A stretch of 47,719 nucleotides of DNA from an archaeon (GTDB taxonomy: Archaea; B1Sed10-29; WALL01; WAMD01): assembly GCA_024275655.1 (NCBI GenBank), contig JAJRYR010000063.1, positions 1 through 47,719 of the forward strand, written 5' to 3'. The notes under the pieces were generated by a model. That model was not told the DNA's origin and ran no database searches. It worked only from the letters and a program-made list of their open reading frames with translations. The stretch's first letter is position 1, and the number at the start of each line of letters is the position of its first letter. The position numbers and the translations under genes were made by a program. Below, piece by piece: positions 20,883 to 34,329 of this stretch.

Positions 20883-22297
20883 GCATTGCTCCAGACACCA
20901 AGGAATTTGGCTGGTTTTCCGCAGACAACGCAGTTGCTTCCCTCTCTTGGTTTGTGATCCAGGTCAATTCCCCTGAGCTCTTTGGTTATTTGGTCTTGGA
21001 CTTTCTTTCCGCATTCCTCCCAGTGATCGCAGAGTGGGGCTCTGATTATTACTGGTTCATTGTCCAAATTCTTTATTTCTTCAATGCTCTCCACGTCCTT
21101 GATCCTCCCTTTGAACCAGTTCCTGGCTTTCTTTGCAATACTCTCGTGAATTTCTTCTGCTAGGGAGTCCAAAGCACCCTCCAGTTCTCCTTCGCTTACT
21201 TGCATCTTTTCTCCAGTGTCCCTCCTAACTAGAGTTACCACTCCATTTTGGATGTCTCTAGGTCCTATCTCTACCCTAATTGGCACGCCCCTCAGCTCCC
21301 AGAAATAAAACTTTTCACCTGGATTCCTGTCTGAGTCGTCCAGGACAACCCTCCACCTTTTCTCTAGCATTTCCTTTATTTCCCTTGCTTTTTCTAGAAC
21401 TACCTCTTCCTTGCCTTTGAACACAATTGGAACTATCACAATCTGCGTTGGTGCGAATCTGGGCGGAAGAACCAGCCCCCTATCATCTCCGTGCACGCCT
21501 ATCAATGCGGCTATTGCCCTTTCGGATATCCCGTGACTGGTGAGCCAAACGTGATCCCTGGTTCCGTCCGGCTTCTCAAATTTAACATCAAATACCTCTG
21601 CAAATTTTCTATCTAGCATGTGGCTGGTGGCTATTTGGAGTGTCTTCCCGCTAGGCATCAGTGTATCGAATGCTATGGTTTTCTCTGCCCCTGCAAATTT
21701 GTCCCAGGCAGGCCTCTGGATGACCAGGTATGGAATTCCCATTTCATCCCAAAAGGCTCGGTAAGCCTTATCTATGATCTCCATCTCTTTTTCAGCGTCC
21801 TCCTTACTAGCAAAGGCACAGTGAGCCTCCTTGAATGTGGAGACCTCCCTAACTCTAATTAATGGTCTTGTGTGCTTTGTCTCATACCTAAAAACAGAAA
21901 CTATCTGGAAAACCTTTAGAGGAAGATCTGCGTGTGACCTTATCCATAGGGAGAACATTGGATAAATAGCAGTTTCGCTTGTTGGCCTCAAGGCTAGCTT
22001 CACATCCAGCGGGCTAGTTCCTCCATGAGTTACCCAGTAAACTTCCTCCCCAAATCCTCTTATATGGTCGGCTTCCTTTTTTAGGAATGTTTCAGGGATT
22101 ACAGTGGGGAATAGCACTTCCCGATGGCCAGTTTCCACCATCAACTCTCTCAGCCAGTCAGTAACGAGTTTTCTAAGCTGAAATCCAAATGGTCTCCAGA
22201 CCAGCATACCCTTTACTGGATACCTGTTGTCCACTATCTCCGCGTTTTCAAGGACTTCCTGATACCACTCTGAGAAGTTTTCCTTTGGAAACTCCAT
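20876..22297 (-). CDS. proS: proline--tRNA ligase (archaeal type)
   Basis: [48 protein letters not shown]-terminal CVVCG...AY. Confidence 0.97.
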   Translation of the reverse strand: MEFPKENFSEWYQEVLENAEIVDNRYPVKGMLVWRPFGFQLRKLVTDWLRELMVETGHREVLFPTVIPETFLKKEADHIRGFGEEVYWVTHGGTSPLDVKLALRPTSETAIYPMFSLWIRSHADLPLKVFQIVSVFRYETKHTRPLIRVREVSTFKEAHCAFASKEDAEKEMEIIDKAYRAFWDEMGIPYLVIQRPAWDKFAGAEKTIAFDTLMPSGKTLQIATSHMLDRKFAEVFDVKFEKPDGTRDHVWLTSHGISERAIAALIGVHGDDRGLVLPPRFAPTQIVIVPIVFKGKEEVVLEKAREIKEMLEKRWRVVLDDSDRNPGEKFYFWELRGVPIRVEIGPRDIQNGVVTLVRRDTGEKMQVSEGELEGALDSLAEEIHESIAKKARNWFKGRIKDVESIEEIKNLDNEPVIIRAPLCDHWEECGKKVQDQITKELRGIDLDHKPREGSNCVVCGKPAKFLGVWSNAY

Positions 22298-22371
22298 TCT
22301 ATCCACCTCTGTAACTGGCTATTAGTTTTTGATTGTAGATATTTAAAAATGTAAATCAGGTTAATACATGT

Positions 22372-23097
22372 GTGGTAAAAAATAGTGTCTTGGAGAGGTT
22401 GTTCGGTGCAAGTTTGGAAGAGATTGCAGAGGTACTGGGAATAGAGCACTCTAGATTGGTGGAATTTGACAAAAAACTAAGTAGAAAATTCTGGAGAGAT
22501 GTTAATCTCAAAGAGGTCTACGTTGCAAAATTAAAGTACCCAGAGGCATACATGCTGAGGTTGATGGAAACGTATACATTTGCGCATTATGGGGCTAGGC
22601 CCCACGCTACGAAACGAGAAAGGCAAAGATTGGTGGAGCGAGTGTTGAAAAACAAGGAGTCTTTGAAGGATATTGCCAAACTTCCAAGAAGCAAGAGAAT
22701 ACAAAAAGCGCTGGAGAAAGGAGTGTTGCCAGAAACAACGTTCCCGTACATCAGGGCCTACGTGATAGAACACAAAAAACTCGGGCCAATTGGACTTGCG
22801 GGCATAAACCCAGGTAAGACCCATGAGCTGAGCATGCTGGTGGTGCACCCAATTGGGAGCGATAAAAGTTTTGAAGAGTTGATGGAAGGCAAGTTGAGCA
22901 TCGGCAGTGTTTTGATGTTGTACTCTCTCTTCAAGCATGAACGTCTGCAGTTACTGGCCAACAAAAGATCTCTAGGGGTGATACACAAATTGAGAAGGGA
23001 ACTCGGTTTGAAGGGCTTCAGAATTCATAAACAGAAAAGCCAATTGGTGGAATTCTCGGAAGTAAAGTACATCCGACCAAAAAGGAAAGTTAAATAA
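22372..23097 (+). CDS. hypothetical basic protein, C-terminal GNAT-like domain (putative)
   Basis: PIGLAGI, LSMLVVHP, SIGSVLM (motif A-like), ANKRSL...KGF (motif B-like). Confidence 0.6.
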   Translation: MVKNSVLERLFGASLEEIAEVLGIEHSRLVEFDKKLSRKFWRDVNLKEVYVAKLKYPEAYMLRLMETYTFAHYGARPHATKRERQRLVERVLKNKESLKDIAKLPRSKRIQKALEKGVLPETTFPYIRAYVIEHKKLGPIGLAGINPGKTHELSMLVVHPIGSDKSFEELMEGKLSIGSVLMLYSLFKHERLQLLANKRSLGVIHKLRRELGLKGFRIHKQKSQLVEFSEVKYIRPKRKVK

Positions 23098-23130
23098 ATG
23101 AGATCCAAGTCAAATATGAAGGGTGGTGTG

Positions 23131-23754
23131 ATGCATCCAGAGACATTCAGAAAATTTTTTGTTCATGGGCTGAATGGATTAATCTTTGCATTCCTAGTTT
23201 ATGTTCTTCCAGTTCAACTTTCACTTGCAATAGCAGTGATCCTGCTGGGATTGACCATTTACTTTTCTAGAAGGATGTCTAGAGGAAAAACCTATCCATT
23301 GCTCAGCTGGTTGGTTGAGAAGGCAGAAAGGAAAGGCAGGCCAATTGGAAAGGGGGCGATATGGTACTTCTATGGATTGGTTTTCATTCTGGTTGTGTTC
23401 GGGCTGATAGGTGTCCCCAGAATACTGCTCTCTAGCTCGCTGTTAGTGGTTGCCCTAGGTGATTCTGTATCTACCGGGCTAGGTAGGATAGTTGGGAAGA
23501 GGAGATTGCCTAAAACAAAGACCAAAACGTATGAAGGGACTGGTCTAGGGATACTTTCAGCATTTGTGAGTATATTCCTGTTTTTGTTATTGCAGTATTC
23601 AATAGATTGGGCCTTCTGGATATCCTTTGCGGGTAGTGTTGTCGGGATGCTCACAGAGGCTTATCTAAGGGGTCCAGACGATAACTTCACCATTCCAGTG
23701 ATGGCCTGCTCTGCTATGACAATAGCGAATTCTTTATTAGTTGCATTTTGCTAA
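23131..23754 (+). CDS. dolichol/phytol kinase-like membrane protein (SEC59/DGK1/VTE5 family)
   Basis: RKFFVH, ALGDSVSTGLG, KTYEG, DDNFTIP. Confidence 0.88.
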   Translation: MHPETFRKFFVHGLNGLIFAFLVYVLPVQLSLAIAVILLGLTIYFSRRMSRGKTYPLLSWLVEKAERKGRPIGKGAIWYFYGLVFILVVFGLIGVPRILLSSSLLVVALGDSVSTGLGRIVGKRRLPKTKTKTYEGTGLGILSAFVSIFLFLLLQYSIDWAFWISFAGSVVGMLTEAYLRGPDDNFTIPVMACSAMTIANSLLVAFC

Positions 23755-23783
23755 AATAGTTAGAACTAAAACAACGCAAAGGT

Positions 23784-23856
23784 GCCTCGGTAGCTCAGCT
23801 GGTAGAGCGGCCGCCTCGTAAGCGGCAGGTCGGGGGTTCGAATCCCCCCCGGGGCT
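23784..23856 (+). tRNA. tRNA-Thr(CGT)
   Basis: Acceptor GCCTCGG/CCGGGGC, anticodon arm GCCGC-CTCGTAA-GCGGC, T-loop TTCGAAT; CCA not encoded. Confidence 0.96.
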
Positions 23857-23882
23857 TTTAAGAAAATGTTTAAAGCCCAAAC

Positions 23883-24629
23883 CTAGTAAGCTCCCCACAA
23901 AAGTCTCTTCAGCCTTTTCTTTTCTTCTTTTGTTAAACTCTCTGATTTCATTAAATTCTTTACTTCTTTTTTCCAGAGCGTGGGAAGTTTCGCCAGTTCT
24001 TGTCTTGCTTCCTTCAGTTCAAGTTTTCCAGAGAGATAATCACGCACAATCTGATACTCTCCACCTGGATAGAAAACTTTTGAGATCCCCTTTAACTTTG
24101 GCCCAATTATCTGGTGCCACTCTCCTGGGTTCCTCTCATACAGGGCCACTAGTGAAGCTTGCTCCTCTAGGGTATAACTGAGAGGAGTATCTTTAATAAC
24201 TCCCTTTTTACGTAGTGCTTTGGAAATCCTCCTATGCAGGGGCCCTTGCGCAATTTTGTCTATGAATGTTGAAAATGTTTTTAGAAATAGAGGTTGAAGC
24301 CTCTTTTTTGTTATCTTTTTGTCATTTAACCGGTTTTCTAGCGATTTTAAGAAGGTTTTGAAATCATAGATAAACACGCAGGTACGATTTGCATTCGGGT
24401 AAAACTTCTTTAAATGTTCTCTAAATTCCTGCTTGTCAATGGTTGTTTTATCAGTAACAACTATAATATCTATGTCTGATTTCTTAGCTGCTACACCTCT
24501 AGCAGAAGAACCTGCTAGGAAAATGAATCTTATTTCACTAGGGTCCAGTTTAGGATGAACTCTATTTTCCAGGAGAATGTCTTTAACCCTCTTTGCTAGC
24601 TGGAAATTTCTTCTAGCATATTTTGTCAT
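23883..24629 (-). CDS. nucleotidyltransferase domain protein (pol beta/MNT-like) with a C-terminal extension
   Basis: FLAGSSARG...SDIDIIVV (GS-x-DxD); very basic; AT-richer coding. Confidence 0.8.
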   Translation of the reverse strand: MTKYARRNFQLAKRVKDILLENRVHPKLDPSEIRFIFLAGSSARGVAAKKSDIDIIVVTDKTTIDKQEFREHLKKFYPNANRTCVFIYDFKTFLKSLENRLNDKKITKKRLQPLFLKTFSTFIDKIAQGPLHRRISKALRKKGVIKDTPLSYTLEEQASLVALYERNPGEWHQIIGPKLKGISKVFYPGGEYQIVRDYLSGKLELKEARQELAKLPTLWKKEVKNLMKSESLTKEEKKRLKRLLWGAY

Positions 24630-24632
24630 GAT

Positions 24633-25100
24633 TCACACCAGTGCCTTTACCAAATCCAGCCTAGTAACTATTCCCACCAGTTTTCCTTTTTCATCCACAA
24701 CCGGAAGCCTGTGGATTCCTTTTTCCAACATTATATCTGCAGCGCTTTCTATATCCGCATCTTCAGAGACAGTTATTACATCTTTGGTCATAACGTCTTC
24801 CACTCTTCCCTTTTTCCAGGTTTCTAGTGCTCTCTCTATGTCCCACTCTTCCATCTTCATTCTTATCATTGCCTCTATGAAGTCAAAGGGTGGTGGTGAG
24901 AATATTTCCCTTGGAAAGTCGGGTATATCCAACGCTCTTATAATGTCCCCATCTGTAAGTATGCCAACTAGCTTCCCAGAATCATCCACGACTGGAAGTC
25001 CAGAGATCTTGTGCCTTTTCATTTTCTCTATTGCATCACTTATGTAGTCAGTGGGTTTCACCGTAATAACATTTCTCGTCATAACCTTCTTTACTTTCAT
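24633..25100 (-). CDS. CBS domain pair protein
   Basis: LPVVDDSGKLVGILT and LPVVDEKGKLVGIVT. Confidence 0.92.
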   Translation of the reverse strand: MKVKKVMTRNVITVKPTDYISDAIEKMKRHKISGLPVVDDSGKLVGILTDGDIIRALDIPDFPREIFSPPPFDFIEAMIRMKMEEWDIERALETWKKGRVEDVMTKDVITVSEDADIESAADIMLEKGIHRLPVVDEKGKLVGIVTRLDLVKALV

Positions 25101-25846
25101 TTCAGTTTCCTCCTTTTCTTTGGAAGTTTTATGGTAAATCTAACTCCCCCATCCTTTTTATTTTCCCAGTCTATTCTACCTCCATGAATCTCCACGACCT
25201 TCTTTATTATTTGGCCTCCAGTTCCAGATCCCTTTGCCCTAGTTGACTTGCCCCCAAACGGATCTACACCAGTAGCTATTCCTGTCCCAGTGTCCTCATG
25301 AACGATCTCTATGTGGTCTCCCCTGTCCCTCAGCTTTATCCTGATTGCCTTAATCAAAGTATCGTTTTCCTTCATGTTTTGGATGCTGTTTGTCAAGAGA
25401 TTCCGAATCAATGATTTAAACGCATATTTGTCCACTTCGTGCTCAATGTTGTCTAGATCGGTTTCAATCAAGAGCCCATTCTTGTATCGGAGATTTGCTC
25501 GTTGTACCTCCTGCTTTATCAATTCTGCAAGATTTTCCTTTGTTGGGTAATAATCCTCGGTTATGGTCATCTTCATTTCGTGTATTTGGTCCAACACGCT
25601 TTTCAAGAATTCATCATCTTTCACGTGGATCAAAAAGTGAACATACTGCAACAAATTCCCTATGTCGTGAATGGCCATCTTGACCTTCCAGTGTTCTGTT
25701 TGCTTCATGGCGGACTTTGCGTCCAGAAGTAGTTCATGTATCTTTTCATTAGACAATGCTTCTTTTCTATTTAAAACTGCCCGTAGATATTTTTCTATCC
25801 TTTCTAGGACTTCGGGCAAACCCCCACTACTTGCCTTTTCTTTCAT
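25097..25846 (-). CDS. cytoplasmic histidine kinase-like protein (HisKA-like plus HATPase_c)
   Basis: H-box HDIGNLL, N-box NLLTNS, G1 EDTGTGI, G2 GSGTG, IHGGRI. Confidence 0.8.
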   Translation of the reverse strand: MKEKASSGGLPEVLERIEKYLRAVLNRKEALSNEKIHELLLDAKSAMKQTEHWKVKMAIHDIGNLLQYVHFLIHVKDDEFLKSVLDQIHEMKMTITEDYYPTKENLAELIKQEVQRANLRYKNGLLIETDLDNIEHEVDKYAFKSLIRNLLTNSIQNMKENDTLIKAIRIKLRDRGDHIEIVHEDTGTGIATGVDPFGGKSTRAKGSGTGGQIIKKVVEIHGGRIDWENKKDGGVRFTIKLPKKRRKLK

Positions 25847-25908
25847 CCCTATGTTAATACCAAAACTATTTTAAAATCCTAGCTAGAAAACTATGAGAGG
25901 TGAGTTAC

Positions 25909-26208
25909 ATGGTAGTGAAAATATACAAGTTTGAAAAGTCAGATTATAGCAAACTTCAAGCAGTAACGAAGCAGGACCACTTTGCCAGGAACGGATACAT
26001 AATCAGAGAGGGAAAGGTTCTGGGTGTGAGTGATGATGATGTTTACTATTTGTACATAGATGGACCAGAAGAGTTCTTTCAGGCTCATGAAAAGGAGATC
26101 CTAGAGGCAGGGGGAAAGCCAGTGGAAGGAAGCGAGTACGAGCTAGTGAAGGAGGCAATAGAAAGGGAAGAGAACAACGTTGCCACTGGTTTGGCCTTGT
26201 TTGGTTAA
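25909..26208 (+). CDS. hypothetical protein (about 99 aa)
   Basis: GAGGTGA RBS; typical codon usage; no function recognised. Confidence 0.75.
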   Translation: MVVKIYKFEKSDYSKLQAVTKQDHFARNGYIIREGKVLGVSDDDVYYLYIDGPEEFFQAHEKEILEAGGKPVEGSEYELVKEAIEREENNVATGLALFG

Positions 26209-26291
26209 CACAATCCTTTTTAACCCCTTTTGACAAAAAAATACTGCTCTCTTGTAAAGGTCTACGTCACAGCTAACGTGCGGGGGATTCA

Positions 26292-26376
26292 GCGGGGGTG
26301 CCGGAGCCTGGTCAAACGGGGTGGACTCAAGATCCACTGGCGTAGGCCTGCGAGGGTTCGAATCCCTCCCCCCGCA
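26292..26376 (+). tRNA. tRNA-Leu(CAA)
   Basis: Acceptor GCGGGGG/CCCCCGC, anticodon arm GTGGA-CTCAAGA-TCCAC, long variable arm, T-loop TTCGAAT. Confidence 0.96.
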
Positions 26377-26393
26377 CCTTTTAAGGTGTTCTA

Positions 26394-27170
26394 ATGGCCA
26401 AGAAAAGAGGGTTGGTAAAACCATCGGAGGTAAGGAAAAAGATTGAAGAACTGTCCAGGAAACCTGCTCCACCAGAACCGCAATTTAAGGAAGCCGTGCA
26501 GGCCTTCACTGTTTCTAAAATGCTAAGGGTGCACAATGTACACATAATAGGCTCAGATGTCAGGATACCGCTGACTACTGGAGTAGTGAGTAGTTTGAAA
26601 GAGGTTGGTCGGAGATTGGACAAGATAACTGGCCAAAAGAGAAAGAAAAACAAGCCGAGAAAATCAGCAGAAATAGATGTGTGGGTAATGACAGACCTCC
26701 CAGAGGGCAGGATGCACCTCCTTCTAGAACTAAAGAACCTACCCAAGAATGAGAACGTCTCCACGTTATCCAAGTACTACAAGTATGGTGTGGAAGTTGT
26801 CAACCTTCTGAAAAAACACCCTTATCTTTTGGGAACAGCAGACACTAGGAGTTTCCCCATAGGTGGGCTGGGGAAGAAAGTCAGAGTCCCTGTGGAAAGA
26901 TGGAGGGAGGCGAATAAACTGATGTATGTCCTAGTGACGAACAGGTCACCAACTAAAAGGGAATGGGAAAGACTAGAAAGATTAAAACAGGAAACAGGGC
27001 AGCACATACTAGTGGTTAGGGATTATGAGCTAGGAAAGCTAATAAATTACTTGAGGAAAGGGAGACCGTCTGGAAGGTTTGCTGGTAAGACCCAGAAGAT
27101 AGTAGTGCATTCATTTACCCCAGAGGGTCCCTTGGACAAGTTCTTGAAGGATCAAAAAAATAAGAAGTAA
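26394..27170 (+). CDS. hypothetical basic protein, PD-(D/E)XK nuclease-like
   Basis: EPQFKEAV...AEIDVWV...LLLELKN fits the E...(P)D...(D/E)xK pattern. Confidence 0.65.
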   Translation: MAKKRGLVKPSEVRKKIEELSRKPAPPEPQFKEAVQAFTVSKMLRVHNVHIIGSDVRIPLTTGVVSSLKEVGRRLDKITGQKRKKNKPRKSAEIDVWVMTDLPEGRMHLLLELKNLPKNENVSTLSKYYKYGVEVVNLLKKHPYLLGTADTRSFPIGGLGKKVRVPVERWREANKLMYVLVTNRSPTKREWERLERLKQETGQHILVVRDYELGKLINYLRKGRPSGRFAGKTQKIVVHSFTPEGPLDKFLKDQKNKK

Positions 27171-27171
27171 A

Positions 27172-27504
27172 GGAGCAGTGGGCTGTAGTCTGCCTTCTGT
27201 ATTAAGGGGGCATTGGACTAAGCGGTCCAAGCCTTGCACCCGTTACCCCGCTCCTGGGCACGTTTCACCCTGGCTGGCTTCTCTCGGTGGGCTTCATTGA
27301 TATGAAACCAGCCAGGTGTCGTTTCTGCTCCCAGGGTCTGGTCTCCCAGGCTCAGCGGACCGCCAACTAACTGGCGGTGGGTGGGCAGAACTTCCTCACC
27401 AGAGGAGACACCTACGGTTTCTCCCTCTACCCTCTTCCCTTGGTTGTGGGGGTAGAGGGGACCCGTTGGTGGTCCCTCTGGCGAAGCCCCCTGCCCACTA
27501 CTCC
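27172..27504 (-). ncRNA. rnpB: RNase P RNA (archaeal, type M-like with insertions)
   Basis: P1 GGAGUAGUGGGC/GCCCACUGCUCC; conserved regions GAGGAAGUUCUGCC, GCAGAAAC, GUGAAAC, GGUGCAAG, ACAGAAGGCAGACUA. Confidence 0.92.
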
Positions 27505-27578
27505 TATGAGTATTCTGCATGAACTAGTTATTAATCCTTATTCTAGAGCTACCGCTAGGCCGGTAACAATCACAGAAC

Positions 27579-27595
27579 TAGCAAAAAGAAAAACC
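27579..27595 (-). terminator. U-rich terminator of the rRNA operon (putative)
   Basis: UUUUUCUUUUU on the minus strand just after the 23S processing stem. Confidence 0.5.
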
Positions 27596-27629
27596 TGTGA
27601 AAGACCGCGTGCATTTAAGGAACGACCTA

Positions 27630-30648
<3,019 letters not shown>

Positions 30649-30735
30649 AGGTCGTTCTTCCTCTGCACGCGGCCTTCATCAACATTAGGCCATCAGATTG
30701 GAACCCCGAGGATTCCAATCCTCATGTATAAAAAA

Positions 30736-30844
30736 TGGTGGACCCGCCGAGACGTTCTGGCATCTTTCCTAACAGGAAAGTGCCCTTCGAACTCGGGACC
30801 TCGCGCGTGCAAGGCGCGCGCTCTTCCAGCTGAGCTACGGGCCC
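30736..30844 (-). tRNA. tRNA-Ala(TGC) with a 33-nt intron at 59/60 (30753..30785); CCA encoded
   Basis: GGGCCCG/CGGGTCC acceptor, CGCGC-CTTGCAC-GCGCG anticodon arm; removing the insert restores CCGAG-TTCGAAT-CTCGG. Confidence 0.93.
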
Positions 30845-30895
30845 ACCACAAAAAGGCCTGCAAGCCCATTAGAGCCCCCAGTGGGAGCAAAGCAA

Positions 30896-32367
<1,472 letters not shown>

Positions 32368-32569
32368 CTGCTGGCTATCCACGCACAACAGAGTACGCCG
32401 CAGAAATTAGCTTTTTACTCCCACTGGAGGAGTACTCTGGGCTTGCAGGCCTCAATCAGATTTGAGCATCCATACTCAAATCTTCATCAGCGAAATTCTT
32501 TCTGGGCCAAACCGGCCCATCACAGAAGGTGATCGCTATACAACGAAGCGTAATAGTTTTACTTGAACG

Positions 32570-32588
32570 TATTTATAAACCTTTCGGT
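32570..32588 (-). promoter_or_regulatory. rRNA operon promoter (BRE plus TATA)
   Basis: Minus strand CCGAAAGG-TTTATAAA about 200 nt upstream of the 16S 5' end. Confidence 0.8.
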
Positions 32589-32700
32589 TTTTGAAAATCC
32601 CCAGATCCCCTTTATTCTGGGGTCCCTAGTCACCTAGGCATAAAAATTTTGAACTAGGAAGTATAAAAATGTTGACCAGTTTAAACTAGTGGTGGTGAAC

Positions 32701-33192
32701 ATGTTCGACGACGACTTTGACATATTCTTTGACAAAAAGAAGAGAAGAAGGTTCTTCTTTGACATATTTGATGAATTTGAGAGAATGGACAGACTGCTGG
32801 ATGAATTGTTTAAGCAAAGCATGAAAGACCTAGAAAAAATAAAACCAGGAAAATCTTACGTCTATGGCTTTTCCATAAAGATAGGGCCAGATGGGAAACC
32901 AATTATAGAAGAGTTTGGAAACTTCAGACCAGAAGAGAAGAAGCTAGAAGTTAGGGACGAGAGAGAACCGCTCACTGACGTTATAGACCATGGAAAGGAA
33001 GTAAGCGTGATAGCAGAGCTACCCGGAGTTGAAGAGAAGGAAATCAAAGTTAAAGTAAACAAAGGGAAATTGATTATAGACGTCCCAGGGAAGTACTACA
33101 AGGAGATAAAATTACCCAAAGTTGCTAGGAACAGCATGAAATGGAGATTCAAGAATGGCGTGCTGGAGATAAACATAAAAAAGGCAGAGTGA
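32701..33192 (+). CDS. hsp20: archaeal small heat shock protein Hsp20
   Basis: YVYGFSIKIGPDGKP..EEFGN, REPLTDV, AELPGV, FKNGVLEI. Confidence 0.93.
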   Translation: MFDDDFDIFFDKKKRRRFFFDIFDEFERMDRLLDELFKQSMKDLEKIKPGKSYVYGFSIKIGPDGKPIIEEFGNFRPEEKKLEVRDEREPLTDVIDHGKEVSVIAELPGVEEKEIKVKVNKGKLIIDVPGKYYKEIKLPKVARNSMKWRFKNGVLEINIKKAE

Positions 33193-33196
33193 GCAC

Positions 33197-33850
33197 ATGC
33201 CTTGCAAGAGTGAGCTTATCAGGAAGATCGAGAACATAGTTAAGGATAAAATGTCTGGTCTTCCTCCCTCCCACAATTTCTCGCATGTGGACAGGGTCAG
33301 AAGGCTGGCATTGGAACTTGGCAAGGAATTGAACGCGGACCTAGAGGTTCTTGAATTGGCTAGTTTACTTCACGATATTGGATTGAAGGGTGAGTTATTA
33401 GGAGAGGGTGATCACGCCACAATCTCAGCTAGAATTGCCAGGGAACTGCTTGCTGGGAAAATTGATGGAGACAAGCTAGAGAAGATTTTAGATGCAATTG
33501 AAAATCATAGATATTCATCTGGAAGAAGGCCCAAATACCTCGAGGGATTGATTCTACAGGACGCAGATAGATTGGATGCCCTAGGGGCAGTGGGCATTGC
33601 AAGAGTATTTACCAGTGCAAAGGCAAACACTAGGGAATTTTACAATCCAGAGGATCCATTTTGGGAAACTAATAGAAAGCTGGACGATAAAGAATTTGCT
33701 TTGGATCACTTCTACACAAAATTGTTAAAGCTAGAAGAAATCATGAACACAGAGCCAGGAAGAAAAGAAGCAAAGAGGAGAACAAAATTCATGATACATT
33801 TCTTGGATGAGTTGAAGAGAGAGGTGATGGGATGGAATTCCAACAGGTAA
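33197..33850 (+). CDS. HD domain phosphohydrolase (YedJ-like)
   Basis: SHNFSHVDRV, LLHDIG, QDADRLDALGAVGIARVF, HFYTKLL. Confidence 0.92.
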   Translation: MPCKSELIRKIENIVKDKMSGLPPSHNFSHVDRVRRLALELGKELNADLEVLELASLLHDIGLKGELLGEGDHATISARIARELLAGKIDGDKLEKILDAIENHRYSSGRRPKYLEGLILQDADRLDALGAVGIARVFTSAKANTREFYNPEDPFWETNRKLDDKEFALDHFYTKLLKLEEIMNTEPGRKEAKRRTKFMIHFLDELKREVMGWNSNR

Positions 33851-34329
33851 TTGAAGGAAGGAGGAGCATACGAAAATTTGAGGATAAAGAAGTAGAGGAT
33901 AACAAAATCAAAAGAATAGTTGAAAATGTGATGTGGACCCCCTCAGCCCATAACAACCAGGAATGGGAGATATTCGTCGTTAAAGATGACGAGATAAAAA
34001 GGAAACTGGCTAAAGCCGCGTTGCACCAGGATTTCGTTGAACATGCTCCAGTCGTATTTGTGGTGTGTGGGGACAAAAATAGATGCAGGGAGAATGAAAT
34101 GCATTATTTGTTCATGGACATTGGAATGGTGTGCTACAACATTTGTTTAACTGCTTATGACCTAGGTCTTGGAAGTTGCATTGTAGGGGCGTTTTACCCC
34201 GGGGAAGTATCTGAGATTCTAGATCTCCCCGAAAACTTGATTCCCTTATCTTTAGTACCAGTGGGTTATCCAGCAGAAGATCCTAAGCCACCTAGGAGGA
34301 GAACGGACTATGTCCACTGGATCAAATAA
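33832..34329 (+). CDS. nitroreductase family protein
   Basis: RRSIRKF, TPSAHNNQEW, LGLGSC, VGYP. Confidence 0.92.
   Translation: MEFQQVIEGRRSIRKFEDKEVEDNKIKRIVENVMWTPSAHNNQEWEIFVVKDDEIKRKLAKAALHQDFVEHAPVVFVVCGDKNRCRENEMHYLFMDIGMVCYNICLTAYDLGLGSCIVGAFYPGEVSEILDLPENLIPLSLVPVGYPAEDPKPPRRRTDYVHWIK

Noticed and set aside
26143-26472. Minus-strand ORF spanning tRNA-Leu
   Set aside because: Antisense to a clear tRNA and two plus-strand genes.
23857-27171. Integrated element at tRNA-Thr or tRNA-Leu
   Set aside because: No integrase and no direct repeat of either tRNA 3' end was found; core-like genes are interspersed.
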